Position numbers and translations under genes: made by a program
NCBI GenBank assembly: GCA_002269645.1
Contig: NIVC01000573.1
Span: 467,928 to 531,927 of the forward strand
DNA: 64,000 bases
Direction of reading: 5' to 3'
Origin: Macrostomum lignano
Lineage: Eukaryota
Part shown: in pieces, positions 27,623 to 40,269 of the stretch
How positions within the stretch are numbered: position 1 is the stretch's first letter
Layout of the letters: each line of letters starts with the position of its first letter
Notes under the pieces: generated by a model
Seen by the model: only the letters and a program-made list of their open reading frames with translations
Told to the model about the DNA's origin: nothing
The model's database searches: none

Positions 27623-30600
27623 TGATGCAGTCTTATGCTTTCTTAGAATATTTCTAGTTGTCAATGTGCCATAAATCATAAGTTTTGCTTGTTGCCAGTG
27701 CCGGCCAATCAGACCAGTCATGCTGAATAAATGCAGCCAGCTGTGTCGTCAGGCAGCTGTGATGGGGCTGTAAAGTTCCAAGTTAATAAATACAATTATA
27801 GACCAACTGTGTGCAATTTCTGGTCCAGTTCATTTGAATTGCAAGTGCAATAAGTTTCAATAAGCTGTATAGCATTTGCGGCTTTTCTAAATCATGTACA
27901 CGTGCCATTTGGCCATAGACTATAGCTGCATGTGCAAGCATACAGATCACTAAGCCAGCCAGAGGCATTCAGTTTTGTCTATGGTCTAATCCCCACGGTC
28001 AGACCTGTACCATATCAAAGGATCGAAAGCATGATGGCTTGCGCCTACTCATTTGTTATTTAGTAAGTAGCATATAGCGCATTTACGTGTAGAAGGCATT
28101 AAAAGGTTAATTAAAGTGCAAGTATTGCTTTTTTCATAATATGTTGAATAGGGGACATTCGAAACGGAACGGCCCATAGAGTTCTATGGCCTAGCGTTTG
28201 AATCAACTCGAGACAGCAAGCATAGACAACTAAATTAGTCATTCAATATGTAACGATAAGCAGAAATAGAAGGAACGATTTGAGCTTTTTAAAGAGGTTT
28301 GCTCTTTACGGTCAAACTTGCTACCAAGGGGGACGGATGTGCGCCAAATGCACCAGCTGAGTCGAAAGAAGCGAATACGCTAACTTCATGTTCCACTTAG
28401 CTCCAGAAGTTCACACCGTCTACTTAGACGAGACCGGTTTCAACTTGTGGACCTGGAGGTTCGTGGACACCCATTAAAGCGCAGAGGGGTCCTAACGTTA
28501 TGGTTTGCATAGTTTAACAATGGTACATACTGCTTCCTATTGGCCGACACTGAGGTCGTAATATCCTCAGCTTTGCTTGATTTTCATTGGTTGATAATTC
28601 ACTCAAACCTGAATGGAAACTTTAGGGCCGAAAATAGATCACTTCAGTAGTTTATAATCGAATTTAATAGAATTTACACAGGCCTGATTTGGCTAACATC
28701 CGCAAGAGTATCACGCATTCCCGTTTTCACCATAGATAATTCTTGCAGTTGCTGTCTCTCAGCCTTTCTAATTAAAAATACACGCACGAGTAAAATTGGA
28801 TAAAAAACATCAGTTGTAAAATTGAACGCGCTCTCAGCAAGGCGCCATGCCCAAAAGAAAACCAACACTGAAGGCTGCTGCTGCCAGCGGGAGCCAACAA
28901 CCAACTGCGGCTGCTGCCTGCCAGCCGCTGAGTATTCGCTGCACCTGCAAGTCCTGCTCCTACTATGCCAATGTAACCTCGCGCATTGACAGGCGCCTGG
29001 TAACCAGAAACGCACGGCCTGCAGCTGGAAGCGGCAGGTGCGCGGTCTGCTGCCCCAGGCTGCTGGCAGCCAGCATTCAGGAGGCCGAGGCCGAGTGGCA
29101 ACGCGCTCGGCGATGCGCTGAACTGCGAAAACTCCGGCGGCTGGTCTGGACTATGCGGGTGAGGGAAGCTGGTCGAACTGGTTGTACTTTCTGCGAGCAA
29201 TGTACTTTTAAAACATCGTGAAAACCAATCAGGCCACGCCAATTTGCTCAAATCAATGTACAGTTAACAGTAGGAATACCAAGTCATTTGTCCGCCCGTC
29301 GAACTAGCAAGAGGGGGGAATCCCCCCCGGAAGATTTTTTTTTGCTGCGCCAAAACGGAGCAACGCAGGCACACGAAATTCAATAACACGTCCTAATTTT
29401 TTGTTGCGCACCTTCTCAAACAAGAATCAAGTCGCCAACCCTCCGGACCGTCGAGATATACGACGATTCTGCCAGAAGGTCGGATTTTTCAGTACACCCC
29501 TGTGTGTATTCAGTACACCCCTGTGCGCCTATCAGCACTGCGCCTCAGTGCAGCTTTGCCAAGCCTCAAAATTTCATCAGCAAGTCGACCACATTTACAT
29601 GTATCTGCATCAGCTCTGACTTCGTTGGTCACTGGCCTTCACCCAGGCGGAGCTTCTGGACCTTCAACAGGTGGCACCAGGTGACCAGGAACACCTTGAT
29701 GCGAATTTCTCGAGCTTCGCTGATCAAGCCTCGACTGCTGGACATCCTCAGCGAGTCTCCCAAGCATTTAGTTATCACTCGGACGCCGTCGACAACTTCA
29801 AGAAGACAAAACCAGCCCGTGTTCTTGAATTTCGTGTGGCCTGCGTTGCTCCGTTCCAGAGCAGCAAGAATCGTCACGGGGGGGGGGAATTCCCCCTCTT
29901 GGTGGTTCTACTGTTAATTCAGAGCCTTAATTTTTAAATTGGTTTGAACAATATGTGACCTCGCGAAGCTACTGACGACAGTGTGAACCGGTGAGACGAA
30001 TTGTACAAGAGTAGATAAGGTAAACATGAGATAAGAATTGAGGTGGGTGAATGGGGACGGCATAAAAAATCAATATTGATGTAATAAACTTTATGCAGCC
30101 ATCGAAAGGGTATCAGTTATCACTGCACAATTTGCAGAGCCTCTCAGGTTTAACATTTTAACATCCTGTTGACTTCTGGTTTCGGGGTGGAAACTTGAGC
30201 ATGTAGCTCTGGCTTCTGGCAGTGGCAGCCTTCTCACATTTCTGAATCACCGACGGCATGAAAAACTTCTGGGAGCTCAGGCCGGTGCTGTTGCTGAGTA
30301 TGTGGGAATTTGAAAGGCCCTATTGAAGTCATAGCTTCACTTCATATCGTAGTTGTCTGTAGCAGAATTTTACGGTATCAGTTTTCCTGAAGGCTCCCAG
30401 GGGAGCCAATCCCGAGATTCCGGGAGCTTCAACAGAAACCGCCCATGCACAATCCTGTACGCAACCCCACCGTCTGCAGGCCATCAACACCAGGCTAGAC
30501 AGGGTGACCGTCTCCGCGAGCCCAGCGGCCGAGCAGAGGCCAGCAAACAAGCGACCGAGAGCCTGATCAACTTTTGTCAACTACTACTATATAATTTTTT

Positions 30601-30954
30601 CATCAAAAAATTACACGGATAGGTATTAGCAGAAAGTCAGATGAGAACTCTGAATTTTTTGAATTTCTAATTTGAATACTAAACAGTGACTCCACTATCA
30701 GTTTTATTAGCTAACATTTGTTTAATTTATTTAATTACAGAAAGGCAAAGCTGAAGCAGTCATTAGAAATCAAGGACAGGAAAAATCAAAATGTGTGGAC
30801 AAAGACACAAATTCGTTCAAGACTAAACTGTCAATAGCGGCAATTCGTTAGAGAAGCACCGGCCTTGAAATTAATAATAGACTAACAAATCTGCAGTGCT
30901 TTGGGAAATTGGAAATTAAAAATCTAATAGCAGATGGTAACCAAAAGCAATAAC

Positions 30955-31810
30955 TCGGACACGCCTGTCCCTGCACTCGGACACTCATCTGTCTCCGCAC
31001 TCGGACACACACCTGTCCCTGCACTCGGACACACACCTGTCTACGCACTCGGACACACACACCTGTCACCTGTCTCTGCATTCGGACACACACCTGTCTA
31101 CGCACTCGGACACACACCTGTCTCTGCACTCGGACACACACCTGTCTCTGCACTCGGACACACACCTGTCTACGCACTCGGACACACACACCTGTCACCT
31201 GTCTCTGCATTCGGACACACACCTGTCTACGCACTCGGACACACACACCTGTCACCTGTCTCTGCATTCGGACACACACCTGTCTACGCACTCGGACACA
31301 CACCTGTCTCTGCACTCGGACACACACCTGTCTACGCACTCGGACACACACCTGTCTCCGCACTCGGACACACATTTGTCTCCGCACTCGGACACACATT
31401 TGTCTCCGCACTCGGACACACATTTGTCTCCGCACTCGGACACACATTTGTCTCCGCACTCGGACACACATTTGTCTCCGCACTCGGACACACATTTGTC
31501 TACGCACTCGGACACACACCTGTCTCTGCACTCGGACACACATTTGTCTACGCACTCGGACACACACCTGTCTCTGCACTCGGACACACATTTGTCTACG
31601 CACTCGGACACACACACCTGTCACCTGTCTCTGCACTCGGACACACACCTGTCTACGCACTCGGACACACACCTGTCACCTGTCTCTGCATTCGGACACA
31701 CACCTGTCTCTGCACTCGGACACACACCTGTCTACGCACTCGGACACATGCCTGTCTCTGCATCTCTGCACTCGGACACAATCTGTCTACGCACTCGGAC
31801 ACGCCTGTCC
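30955..31810 (+). repeat. 24-bp tandem repeat (cgcactcggacacacacctgtctc) downstream of the XPNPEP1 stop codon
   Basis: Tandem array; explains the ALGHTPVS and CVRVRRQV repeat ORFs. Confidence 0.95.
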
Positions 31811-31905
31811 CGGACAAGTCAAAACTAGCTTGCATAAACTACTTTAAACCGATGACCAACTCCACAGTCCCATCAAAGTCGCAGCCTACGGCGCCGCCGG
31901 CCCCA

Positions 31906-34900
31906 TCAGATGGGCTCAGTCTCCCGCACCAGCCATTCGTAGGTCTCGGCAAAGCCTCGCTTTTTCAGCTCGTCGCCAACAACCTGCCGGACCTCGGCGT
32001 GGTAATTGTTGAGCCAGGCCACGTCCTCGTTAGCGAGTTGACTGCGGTCCAACAGCTTGGTGCTGATGGGCACCAGCGTCAGCGGCTTGAAGGTGAGGAA
32101 CTGCAACCCGTCGAATCCTTCGGCTATGCCTGCAAATTTGTGTCAAATGTCGGTCTGTCATGCAGCTTATCCATGAGGCGAACCACGTCGAGACACCAGC
32201 AACTCTACTAAGATACTAATGATCTTACTCAGTCACATCTGATCCTACTCAGTCACATCTGATCCTACTCAGTCACATCTGATCCTACTCAGTCACATCT
32301 GATCCTACTCAGTCACATCTGATCCTACTCAGTCACATCTGATCCTACTCAGTCACATCTGATCCTACTCAGTCACATCTGATCCTACTCAGTCACATCT
32401 GATCCTACTCAGTCACATCTGATCCTACTCAGTCACATCTGATCCTACTCAGTCACATCTGATCCTACTCAGTCACATCTGATCCTACTCAGTCACATCT
32501 GATCCTACTCAGTCACATCTGATCCTACTCAGTCACATCTGATCCTACTCAGTCACATCTGATCCTACTCAGTCACATCTGATCCTACTCAGTCACATCT
32601 GATCCTACTCAGTCACATCTGATCCTACTCAGTCACAATACTCAGAAGCAATGCTAAGAAACTCAGACGCAATGCTAAGCTACTCAGACGCAATGGTAAG
32701 CTTCTCAGACGCATTATAAGCTACTCAGACGCATTATAAGCTACTCAGACGCAACGATAAGCTACTCAGACGCAATGGTAAGCTACTCAGACGCAATGGT
32801 AAGCTACTCAGACGCAACTATAAGCTATTTAGACGCAATAATAAGCTACTCAGACGCAATGATAAGCTACTCAGACGCAACGAAAAGCTACTCAGACGCA
32901 ACGAAAAGCTACTCAGACGCGATGGTAAGCTACTCAGACGCAATGGTAAGCTACTCAGACGCAATGGTAAGCTACTCAGACGCAATGGTAAGCTACTCAG
33001 ACATGCAGTGAGAAGTCCAGCAGCAAACCCTACCCGGCTGGGGCACAACCTCCACGACATTCTCCACCCGGATGCCGTACTGCCCGGCCAGGTAGAAGCC
33101 GGGCTCGATGGTGACAATCATGCCCCGCTTCAGCCCGATCTCGTGCGGATTGGCCCGCGACCCGCTGATAGCGCAGGGCCCCTCGTGCACGTTGAGGAAC
33201 ACGCCGACCCCGTGCCCGGTGCCGTGCTGGAACTCCAGGCCCGCGGTCCACAGCGCGGCCCTGGCGTGGGTGTCCAGCCGGGAGCCCAGCACGTTCTCGG
33301 GGAAGGTGAGGCGGGAGAGGGCGATGTGGCCCCGCAGCACCAGGGTGTAGTGCCGCTTCAGCTGGGCGCCCGGCGCCGCGCCGTAGAACACCGTGCGGGT
33401 GACGTCGGTTGTGCCGCACCTGCGGGGATGGGCGATTTATAGAAAACTATAAATTAAAAAAAATAAAAATAGTCAATCTACATCTCCACACTCAATATCA
33501 TTTTTATGCGGAAATCTCATTCCCACTCACCAGGGAAGTCTCATTTTTCTGATGAAATCTTCTTAATTGAATTCCCGGAATCTCACCACAACCCAATATC
33601 CCCCTCACGTCGGAAATCTCATCCTGATACCCCAGATTGCATCCTAAAACCGGATCTCAGTCAGATACCCGACATCTCACCTTAAAACTGGGAATCTCAC
33701 CTTAAAACCGGAAATCTCACCCCAAAACCTCAAAATCTAAACTTAGAACCAAAAATATTACCCTAAAACCGGAAATCTCACCCTAAAACCTCAAAACTCG
33801 CATTAAAACTACAAATTTCACCCTAAAATCGAATATCTCACCCTTATAAAAACAAGCATCTCACCCTTGAACTGAAATCTCACCCTAAAACCAGAGATCT
33901 CACCCAAATACCAGAGATCTCACCCAAATACCAGAGATCTCACCCAAATACCAGAGATCTCACCCAAATACCAGAGATCTCACCCAAATACCAGAGATCT
34001 CACCCAAATACCTGAGATCTCACCCAAATACCAGAGATCTCACCCAAATACCAGAGATCTCACCCAAATACCAGAGATCTCACCCAAATACCAGAGATCT
34101 CACCTAAATACCAGAGACCTCACCCAAATACCAGAGATCTCATCCAAATACCAGAGATCTCACCCAAATACCAGAGATCTCACCCAAATACCAGAGATCT
34201 CACCCAAATACTAGAGATCTCACCCAAATACCAGAGATCTCACCTAAATACCAGAGACCTCACCCAAATACCAGAGATCTCATCCAAATACCAGAGATCT
34301 CACCCAAATACCAGAGATCTCACCTAAATACCAGAGACCTCACCCAAATACCAGAGATCTCATCCAAATACCAGAGATCTCACCCAAATACCAGAGATCT
34401 CACCCAAATACCAGAGATCTCATCCAAATACTAGAGATCTCATCCAAATACCAGAGATCTCACCCAAATACCAGAGATTTCACCCAAATACCAGAGATCT
34501 CACCCAAATACCAGAGATCTCACCCAAATACCAGAGATCTCACCCAAATACCAGAGATCTCACCCAAATACCAGAGATCTCACCCAAATACCAGAGATCT
34601 CACCCAAATACCAGAGATCTCACCCAAATACCAGAGATCTCACCCAAATACCAGAGATCTCACCCAAATACCAGAGACCTCACCCAAATACCAGAGATCT
34701 CACCCAAATACCAGAGATCTCACCCAAATACCAGAGATCTCATCCAAATACCAAAAATCTCACTCTAGAACTGGAAATCTCACCTGTAGTGCCCACCGCT
34801 GTCCACCAAGTAGGCTTCGTCGGGGACGATCGGCCTGTCGGTCTCCGGCGTGACCCGGTAGTGAATGATAGCCCCATTGGAGCCCGACCCACTGATGGTC

Positions 34901-37900
34901 TCAAAGCTGATCTCAACGAAGCCCTCCATCTCGGAGCGCAGCTGGTCCAGCTGGTTGCTGCCCGACAGCTCGGTGACCGGGGAGCCGGCGGCCAGCTGCA
35001 GCTCCAGCCAGTGCAGGTAGCGGCACAGCGCCACCGCGTCCAGCACGTGAGCCCGGGCCATGCCGGCTCGCTCCGGGGCGTATTTTACCTGGGGAAGGGG
35101 TAATTTGGGATTTCATTGATCCACCTGTCTTCTCATTAATCTAATTGTCTTCTCATTGATCCCCTTATCCTCTCATTGATCCACTTGTCCTCTCATTTAT
35201 CCACCTGTCTTCTCATTGATCCACCTGTCTTCTCATTGATCCACTTGTCCTCTCATTGATCCACTTGTCCTCTCATTGATCCACCTGTCCTCTCATTGAT
35301 TCACTTGTCCTCTCATTGATCCACCTGTCCTCTCATTTATCCACCTGTCTTCTCATTGATCCACCTGTCTTCTCATTGATCCACCTGTCCTCTCATTGAT
35401 CCACCTGTCCTCTCATTGATCCACTTGTCCTCTCATTGATCCACTTGTCCTCTCATTGATCCACCTGTCTTCTCATTGATCCACCTGTCCTCTCATTGAT
35501 CCACCTGTCCTCTCATTGATCCACTTGTCCTCTCATTGATCCACTTGTCCTCTCATTGATCCACCTGTCTTCTCATTGACCCACCTGTCTTTTCATTAAT
35601 CTAATTGTCTTCTCATTGACCCACCTGTCTTTTCATTAATCTAATTGTCTTCTCATTGACCCACTTGTCTTCTCATTGATCCCCTTATCCTCTCATTGAT
35701 CCACCTGTCCTCTCATTGATCCACCTGTCCTCTCAAGAATTCACCTGTCTTTTCACAGCCCAATCTGCCTTCACTTTGACTCACTTGTCCTCTCGACCCT
35801 TCCCCAACTGAGCTGTCCTAGAAGAGCTGATCTAGACCTATCAATGACGTACCGCTTTCAGCACAGACGCAGGCGAGTTGGCCGTGTACACTCGCGCCTT
35901 CGGCACCGGCAGTCCCACGGCAGCGCTGGCCCGATGGTCCAGCCAGACCCTACCGCTGCTGCCGGCAACGAGCTTCTCCAACTCGGACTGGAACTTGGCG
36001 TAGGCGTGCAGCTGGACGCCGGTCTCGGCCACGTGCTGCTTGAATTCGGCCAGGGCCGACTCGTGCAAGTCGGCGAACAGGTGCGCCGAGTCGGGCGTGA
36101 CCGCGGCGTAGGCAAACAGCACGGGTGACATCGGGATGACGCCGACTGCGCGGTAGTTGAACAGCCAGGCTACGTCGTCTAGGGCGGACAGGATCAGCAG
36201 GCCGGCCTTGCACTTCTGCATCTCCTGGCGGAGCTGCAGATGGGGAGGTGGGAGTGCAGGAGAGGAGGTGGGAGTGCAGGAGAGGTGGGAGTGCAGGAGA
36301 GGAGGTGGGAGTGCAGGAGAGGTGGGAGTGCAGGAGAGGAGGTGGGAGTGCAGGAGAGGTGGGAGTGCAGGAGAGGAGGTGGGAGTGCAGGAGAGGTGGG
36401 AGTGCAGGAGAGGAGGTGGGAGTGCAGGAGAGGTGGGAGTGCAGGAGAGGAGGTGGGAGTGCAGGAGAGGTGGGAGTGCAGGAGAGGAGGTGGGAGTGCA
36501 GGAGAGGTGGGAGTGCAGGAGAGGAGGTGGGAGTGCAGGAGAGGAGGTGGGAGTGCAGGAGAGGTGGGAGTGCAGGAGAGGAGGGAGTGCAGGAGAGGAG
36601 GGAGTGCAGGAGAGGAGGGAGAGCAGGAGAGGTGGGAGTGCAGGAGAGGTGGGAGTGCAGGAGAGGTAGGAGTGCAGGAGAGGAGGGAGTGCAGGAGAGG
36701 TGGGAGTGCAGGAGAGGTGGGAGTGCAGGAGAGGAGGGGAGTGAAGGAGAGGAGGTGGAAGTGAAGGAGAGGAAGTGAGAGTGAAGGAGAGGAAGTGAGA
36801 GTGAAGGAGAGGTGAGAGTGAAGGAGAGGTGAGAGTGAAGGAGAGGAAGTGAGAGTGAAGGAGAGGTGAGAGTGAAGGAGAGGAAGTGAGAGTGAAGGAG
36901 AGGAAGTGAGAGTGAAGGAGAGGAGGTGAGAGTGAAAGAGAGGAAGTGAGAGTGCAGAAGAATAGGTGGGAGTGCAGGAGGTGGGAGAGGTGGGGGAGAT
37001 AAAGGCAAAGGAGCCGAGAGGAGAAAAGAAGAGAAATCAAAAGCCAAGAGACAGCAGAACACAGTAAAAAATCGCTTCCAGCAGGCGGACTCAGCCGAAC
37101 TCACCAGCGCGAGCTTCTCAGCCGGTCCGGCCCCGGCCTCCTCGGCAGTGAGCAGGAACAGCCGCCTGCCCAGCGGCCTCTCAGGCCGGACGGTCCACGC
37201 GGCGTCCACCAGATTGTCCGGCAGGCCGACCAGCTCGGTGCCGCCCGCGGCCAGGCTGTCCCGCATCTCAATGAACCGGCCGAAGGGCAGCGTTGTCGGG
37301 TCGAAGCCAACCCGGGCGAACCCCCGGTTGGCCAGGTACTCCGTGAGGGTCGGCACGTCCTTGGCGAGGGCGCGCATCAGCGTCCAGTTGGAGTCCATCT
37401 GCTGCTCGGCTTGAAGGAAATAGCGCCCGTCTGTCCACATCAGCGCCTCGGACTGCGGGGTGAGGGATAGAGTTTCGGCTTCGCCCCTTCACTCTCCTCG
37501 GTTTCCGCCCCTTCACTCTCCTCGGTTTCCGCCCCTTCACTCTCCTCGGTTTCCGCCCCTTCAGTCTCCTCGGTTTCCGCCCCTTCACTCTCCTCGGTTT
37601 CCGCCCCTTCATTCTCCTCGGTTTCCGCCCCTTCACTCTCCTCGGTTTCCGCCCCTTCAGTCTCCTCGGTTTCCGCCCCTTCATTCTCCTCGGTTTCCGC
37701 CCATTCACTCTCCTCGGTTTCCGCCCCTTCATTCTCCTCGGTTTCCGCCCATTCACTCTCCTCGGTTTCCGCCCCTTCATTCTCCTCGGTTTTTGCCCCT
37801 TCACTCTCCTTGGTATCCGCCCCTTCATTCTCCTCTGCTTCCGAGCCTTCATTCTTCCCGATTTCTGCCCTTCATTCTGTGGCCGGACATTTACTTTTAA

Positions 37901-38168
37901 TTCTCAAGTATCTGGACTCTCACTAGACGGTATGTATCGAAAAACAACAGCAGCAGACCATTGCCAAAACTGATGGATATCTCACCTCGGTGACAAGGGC
38001 GGTGCCGGCGCTGCCAGTGAAGCCGGTCAGCTGAGCCCGCCTCTTGTCGCAGTCGGCCACGTACTCGGACATGTGCGCATCCTCAGAAGGCACCAGATAG
38101 GCGTTGAGCTGGTGCCGGGACATGAGCTGGCGCAGGGCCTTCAGTATGTCTGCTGTGCAGCGCTTCAT
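31906..38168 (-). CDS. XPNPEP1: Cytosolic Xaa-Pro aminopeptidase 1 (M24B), 6 exons, about 608 aa
   Basis: Minus-strand exons 37986-38168, 37105-37452, 35853-36233, 34784-35088, 33034-33419, 31906-32129; GT-AG junctions, phases consistent. Motifs EDAHMSEY, WTDGRYFLQA, LDDVAWLFN, DSGGHYRCGTTDVTRT, HGTGHGVGVFLNVHEGP, IEPGFY, YGIRVEN, LTLVPI. Confidence 0.96.
32220..33000 (+). repeat. Adjacent 20-bp (gatcctactcagtcacatct) and 21-bp (gctactcagacgcaatggtaa) intronic minisatellites
   Basis: XPNPEP1 intron 5; the two units share the tactcag core. Confidence 0.93.
33885..34750 (+). repeat. 20-bp intronic minisatellite (accagagatctcacccaaat)
   Basis: XPNPEP1 intron 4. Confidence 0.95.
35125..35735 (+). 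repeat. 20-bp intronic minisatellite (ctcattgatccacctgtcct)
   Basis: XPNPEP1 intron 3. Confidence 0.93.
36240..36990 (+). repeat. GA-rich intronic minisatellite (gggagtgcaggagaggt), pyrimidine-rich on the transcribed strand
   Basis: XPNPEP1 intron 2. Confidence 0.93.
37480..37860 (+). repeat. 24-bp intronic minisatellite (tctcctcggtttccgccccttcac)
   Basis: XPNPEP1 intron 1. Confidence 0.93.
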
Positions 38169-38772
38169 TTCAAATTGGCAACAATTCTTTTTGGCTGCAA
38201 GATAATATAAAGAAAAAAACTAGAATTCGCGAAGTACATATATTGTACTTTATTGCGCGTGCTTAGCACTCAAAGATCTGGAATAACTGGATGCTACTAG
38301 AAAAAATGCGCTTCATCTACTGTTTTTTAGTAGAAAATCTAGCGTTTTCTGCTTTTCTAATAGTAAATTTTAAGAAATTTAATTTAACAATTTTTTAAAC
38401 TTTTTGCAGCTGCAATAATCGCTTCTGGCTTTCTAAAGGCAGACTCATTAAATTAGCAGTGCCGGAAAATTTTAAAACAAATCCAAGTGCGTTGTTCACA
38501 GCAAGCAAGAGAGAAAAGGGGTGCCCAAGCCCCAGCCCCCAACCAGGCCGATAAACAGTTTAGTTTTCCTCTTGCTTGCTTGTTGTTGACTTTGATCTCT
38601 TTCCTTACTGCTCGGCTGAGCTAGATTGGGCCCGACCTCTAGGCTGAGTTTCGTCCGACAGACTTGGGCCTCTCTTCTAACTGCTCTCCCATTGGCTGAG
38701 CCAGATTGGGTCTGACCCCCAAGGCTGAGTTTGTCCGTCTGACTTTGGTAGAGTAGCTCGCTTAATAAATAG

Positions 38773-39008
38773 GAATAAAATGAATGAGAACAAACATTAA
38801 CTTGTTTTTATTTACTTTAATTTAATTGCCAATGCATTTCGAACCTTGTAGGTCATCGTCAGGGCAGTAATGAAATTGAAAATTTTAATAAACAGTTGAT
38901 TCAACTGTTGACCTACCTGACGATGACCTACAAGGGTCGAAATGCATTGGCAATTGAATTAAAGTAAATAAAAACAAGTTTATGTTTGTTCTCTCATTCA
39001 TTTTATTC
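38773..39008. mobile_element. Inverted pair of Penelope-like terminal repeats, each with a minimal hammerhead-ribozyme motif
   Basis: About 90-bp inverted arms at 38773-38863 and 38916-39008; each reads CTGACGA-t-GACC..GGT(T/C)C-GAAA-TGCATT followed by an A-rich tail. Confidence 0.65.
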
Positions 39009-39699
39009 GTCTGACTTTGGCCTCTCTCCTTACTGCTCTTTCATTGGCTGAGCCGGATTGGGCCTGTTTCCTAGACTGAGCTTTGCACGTCTGACTTTGG
39101 CCTCTCTCCTTACTGCTCTCTCATTGGCTGAGCCAGATCGGGCCTGTCCCCTAGACTGAGCTTCGTACGTGACTTTGTAACTGCTCTCTCATTGGCTGAG
39201 CTAGATTGGGCCCAATTGGTGACATCTAGAAAAATTAGGGTATTTATCCGACCCCTGACACACTTGTTGAAAAAGATTTTTACAATATAAACGATCGTTA
39301 ATAAACCAGTTTTCTGGGAATTACTATTTATTCGAATCGTATCATCTTTATTATACTACTTGCACTAGCTTACAAGCATCCATTGAAAATATAGCAAACT
39401 ATTAAATTTGGCAAATCACAAAATTGAAGGCAAATCAAAGCGCTTGGAAACAAGAATATCTGGACAGGTTAAACTCAGCAGGAAATCAAAAATATAGCAA
39501 ACGTTCAGGCACACTCAGACGGAACAAACTACAACATTATATAATAAAAATGGAAGAGTTAAGATAGTGGCTTCGGGGGCAATTGAGATAGGGTCTAGGG
39601 GAGAACTAGGACAGGGGAGCTGTAGGGTATTAAAGCAATGGATATGGAGAGGGTTTATGCAGGAGATCTAGTGGAATCAATATACTGGCGATCTAGAAG

Positions 39700-39930
39700 G
39701 AAATTAAGACAGTGGATCTGGGGGGGAATTAAGACACAGAGGATCTGTGGGAATAAAGACAGTGGGTCTGGGGGGATTAAGACAGTGGATCTGGGGGAAT
39801 TAAGACAGTGGATCTGGGGGAATTAGGACAGTGGATCTGGGGGAATTAAGACAGTGGATCTGGGGGAATTAGGACAGTGGATCTGGGGGAATTAGGACAG
39901 TGGATCTGGGAGGAATTAAGACAGGGGATG
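39700..39930 (+). repeat. Tandem repeat (ggaattaagacagtggatctggg)
   Basis: Direct copies downstream of HSD17B7. Confidence 0.85.
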
Positions 39931-40269
39931 TGGGGGGAATCAGCACACAAAGGATCTAGGGGGGGGGGGGTGATGACACTGGAGAGCTAAGGCCTAAGGA
40001 GGGAATAAGACACAGAGGATCTGGAGAAGAATAAGTCGGGACTGGACGGGATTAAGACAAGACGATGTACATCTAGGGGAAATTAATACTGGGTAGGGTA
40101 TTTAGCGGGATTGAGAAAGGGAATGTAGGCAGAATTAAGAAAAGTAAAATAATTAACAAATATAGATGTTCAGCAGGAAATTGTCAGGGACAAACATAGA
40201 AGGGCAATCTGATAATACTAAAAGCCCAATAGCGTCACTCTCTAGAGTTAAAAATAGGGTTCTAGATCT

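Noticed and set aside
28847-29221. Cys-rich 124-aa ORF
   Set aside because: No recognisable motif spacing; overlapping ORFs on both strands of equal plausibility.
29295-29910. Imperfect ~30-bp inverted repeats (caagagggg-aat-ccccccc) suggesting a MITE
   Set aside because: No target-site duplication found and termini are ambiguous.
30848-32211. 425-aa and 274-aa repeat ORFs
   Set aside because: Translations of a 24-bp minisatellite plus the antisense of XPNPEP1 exon 6.
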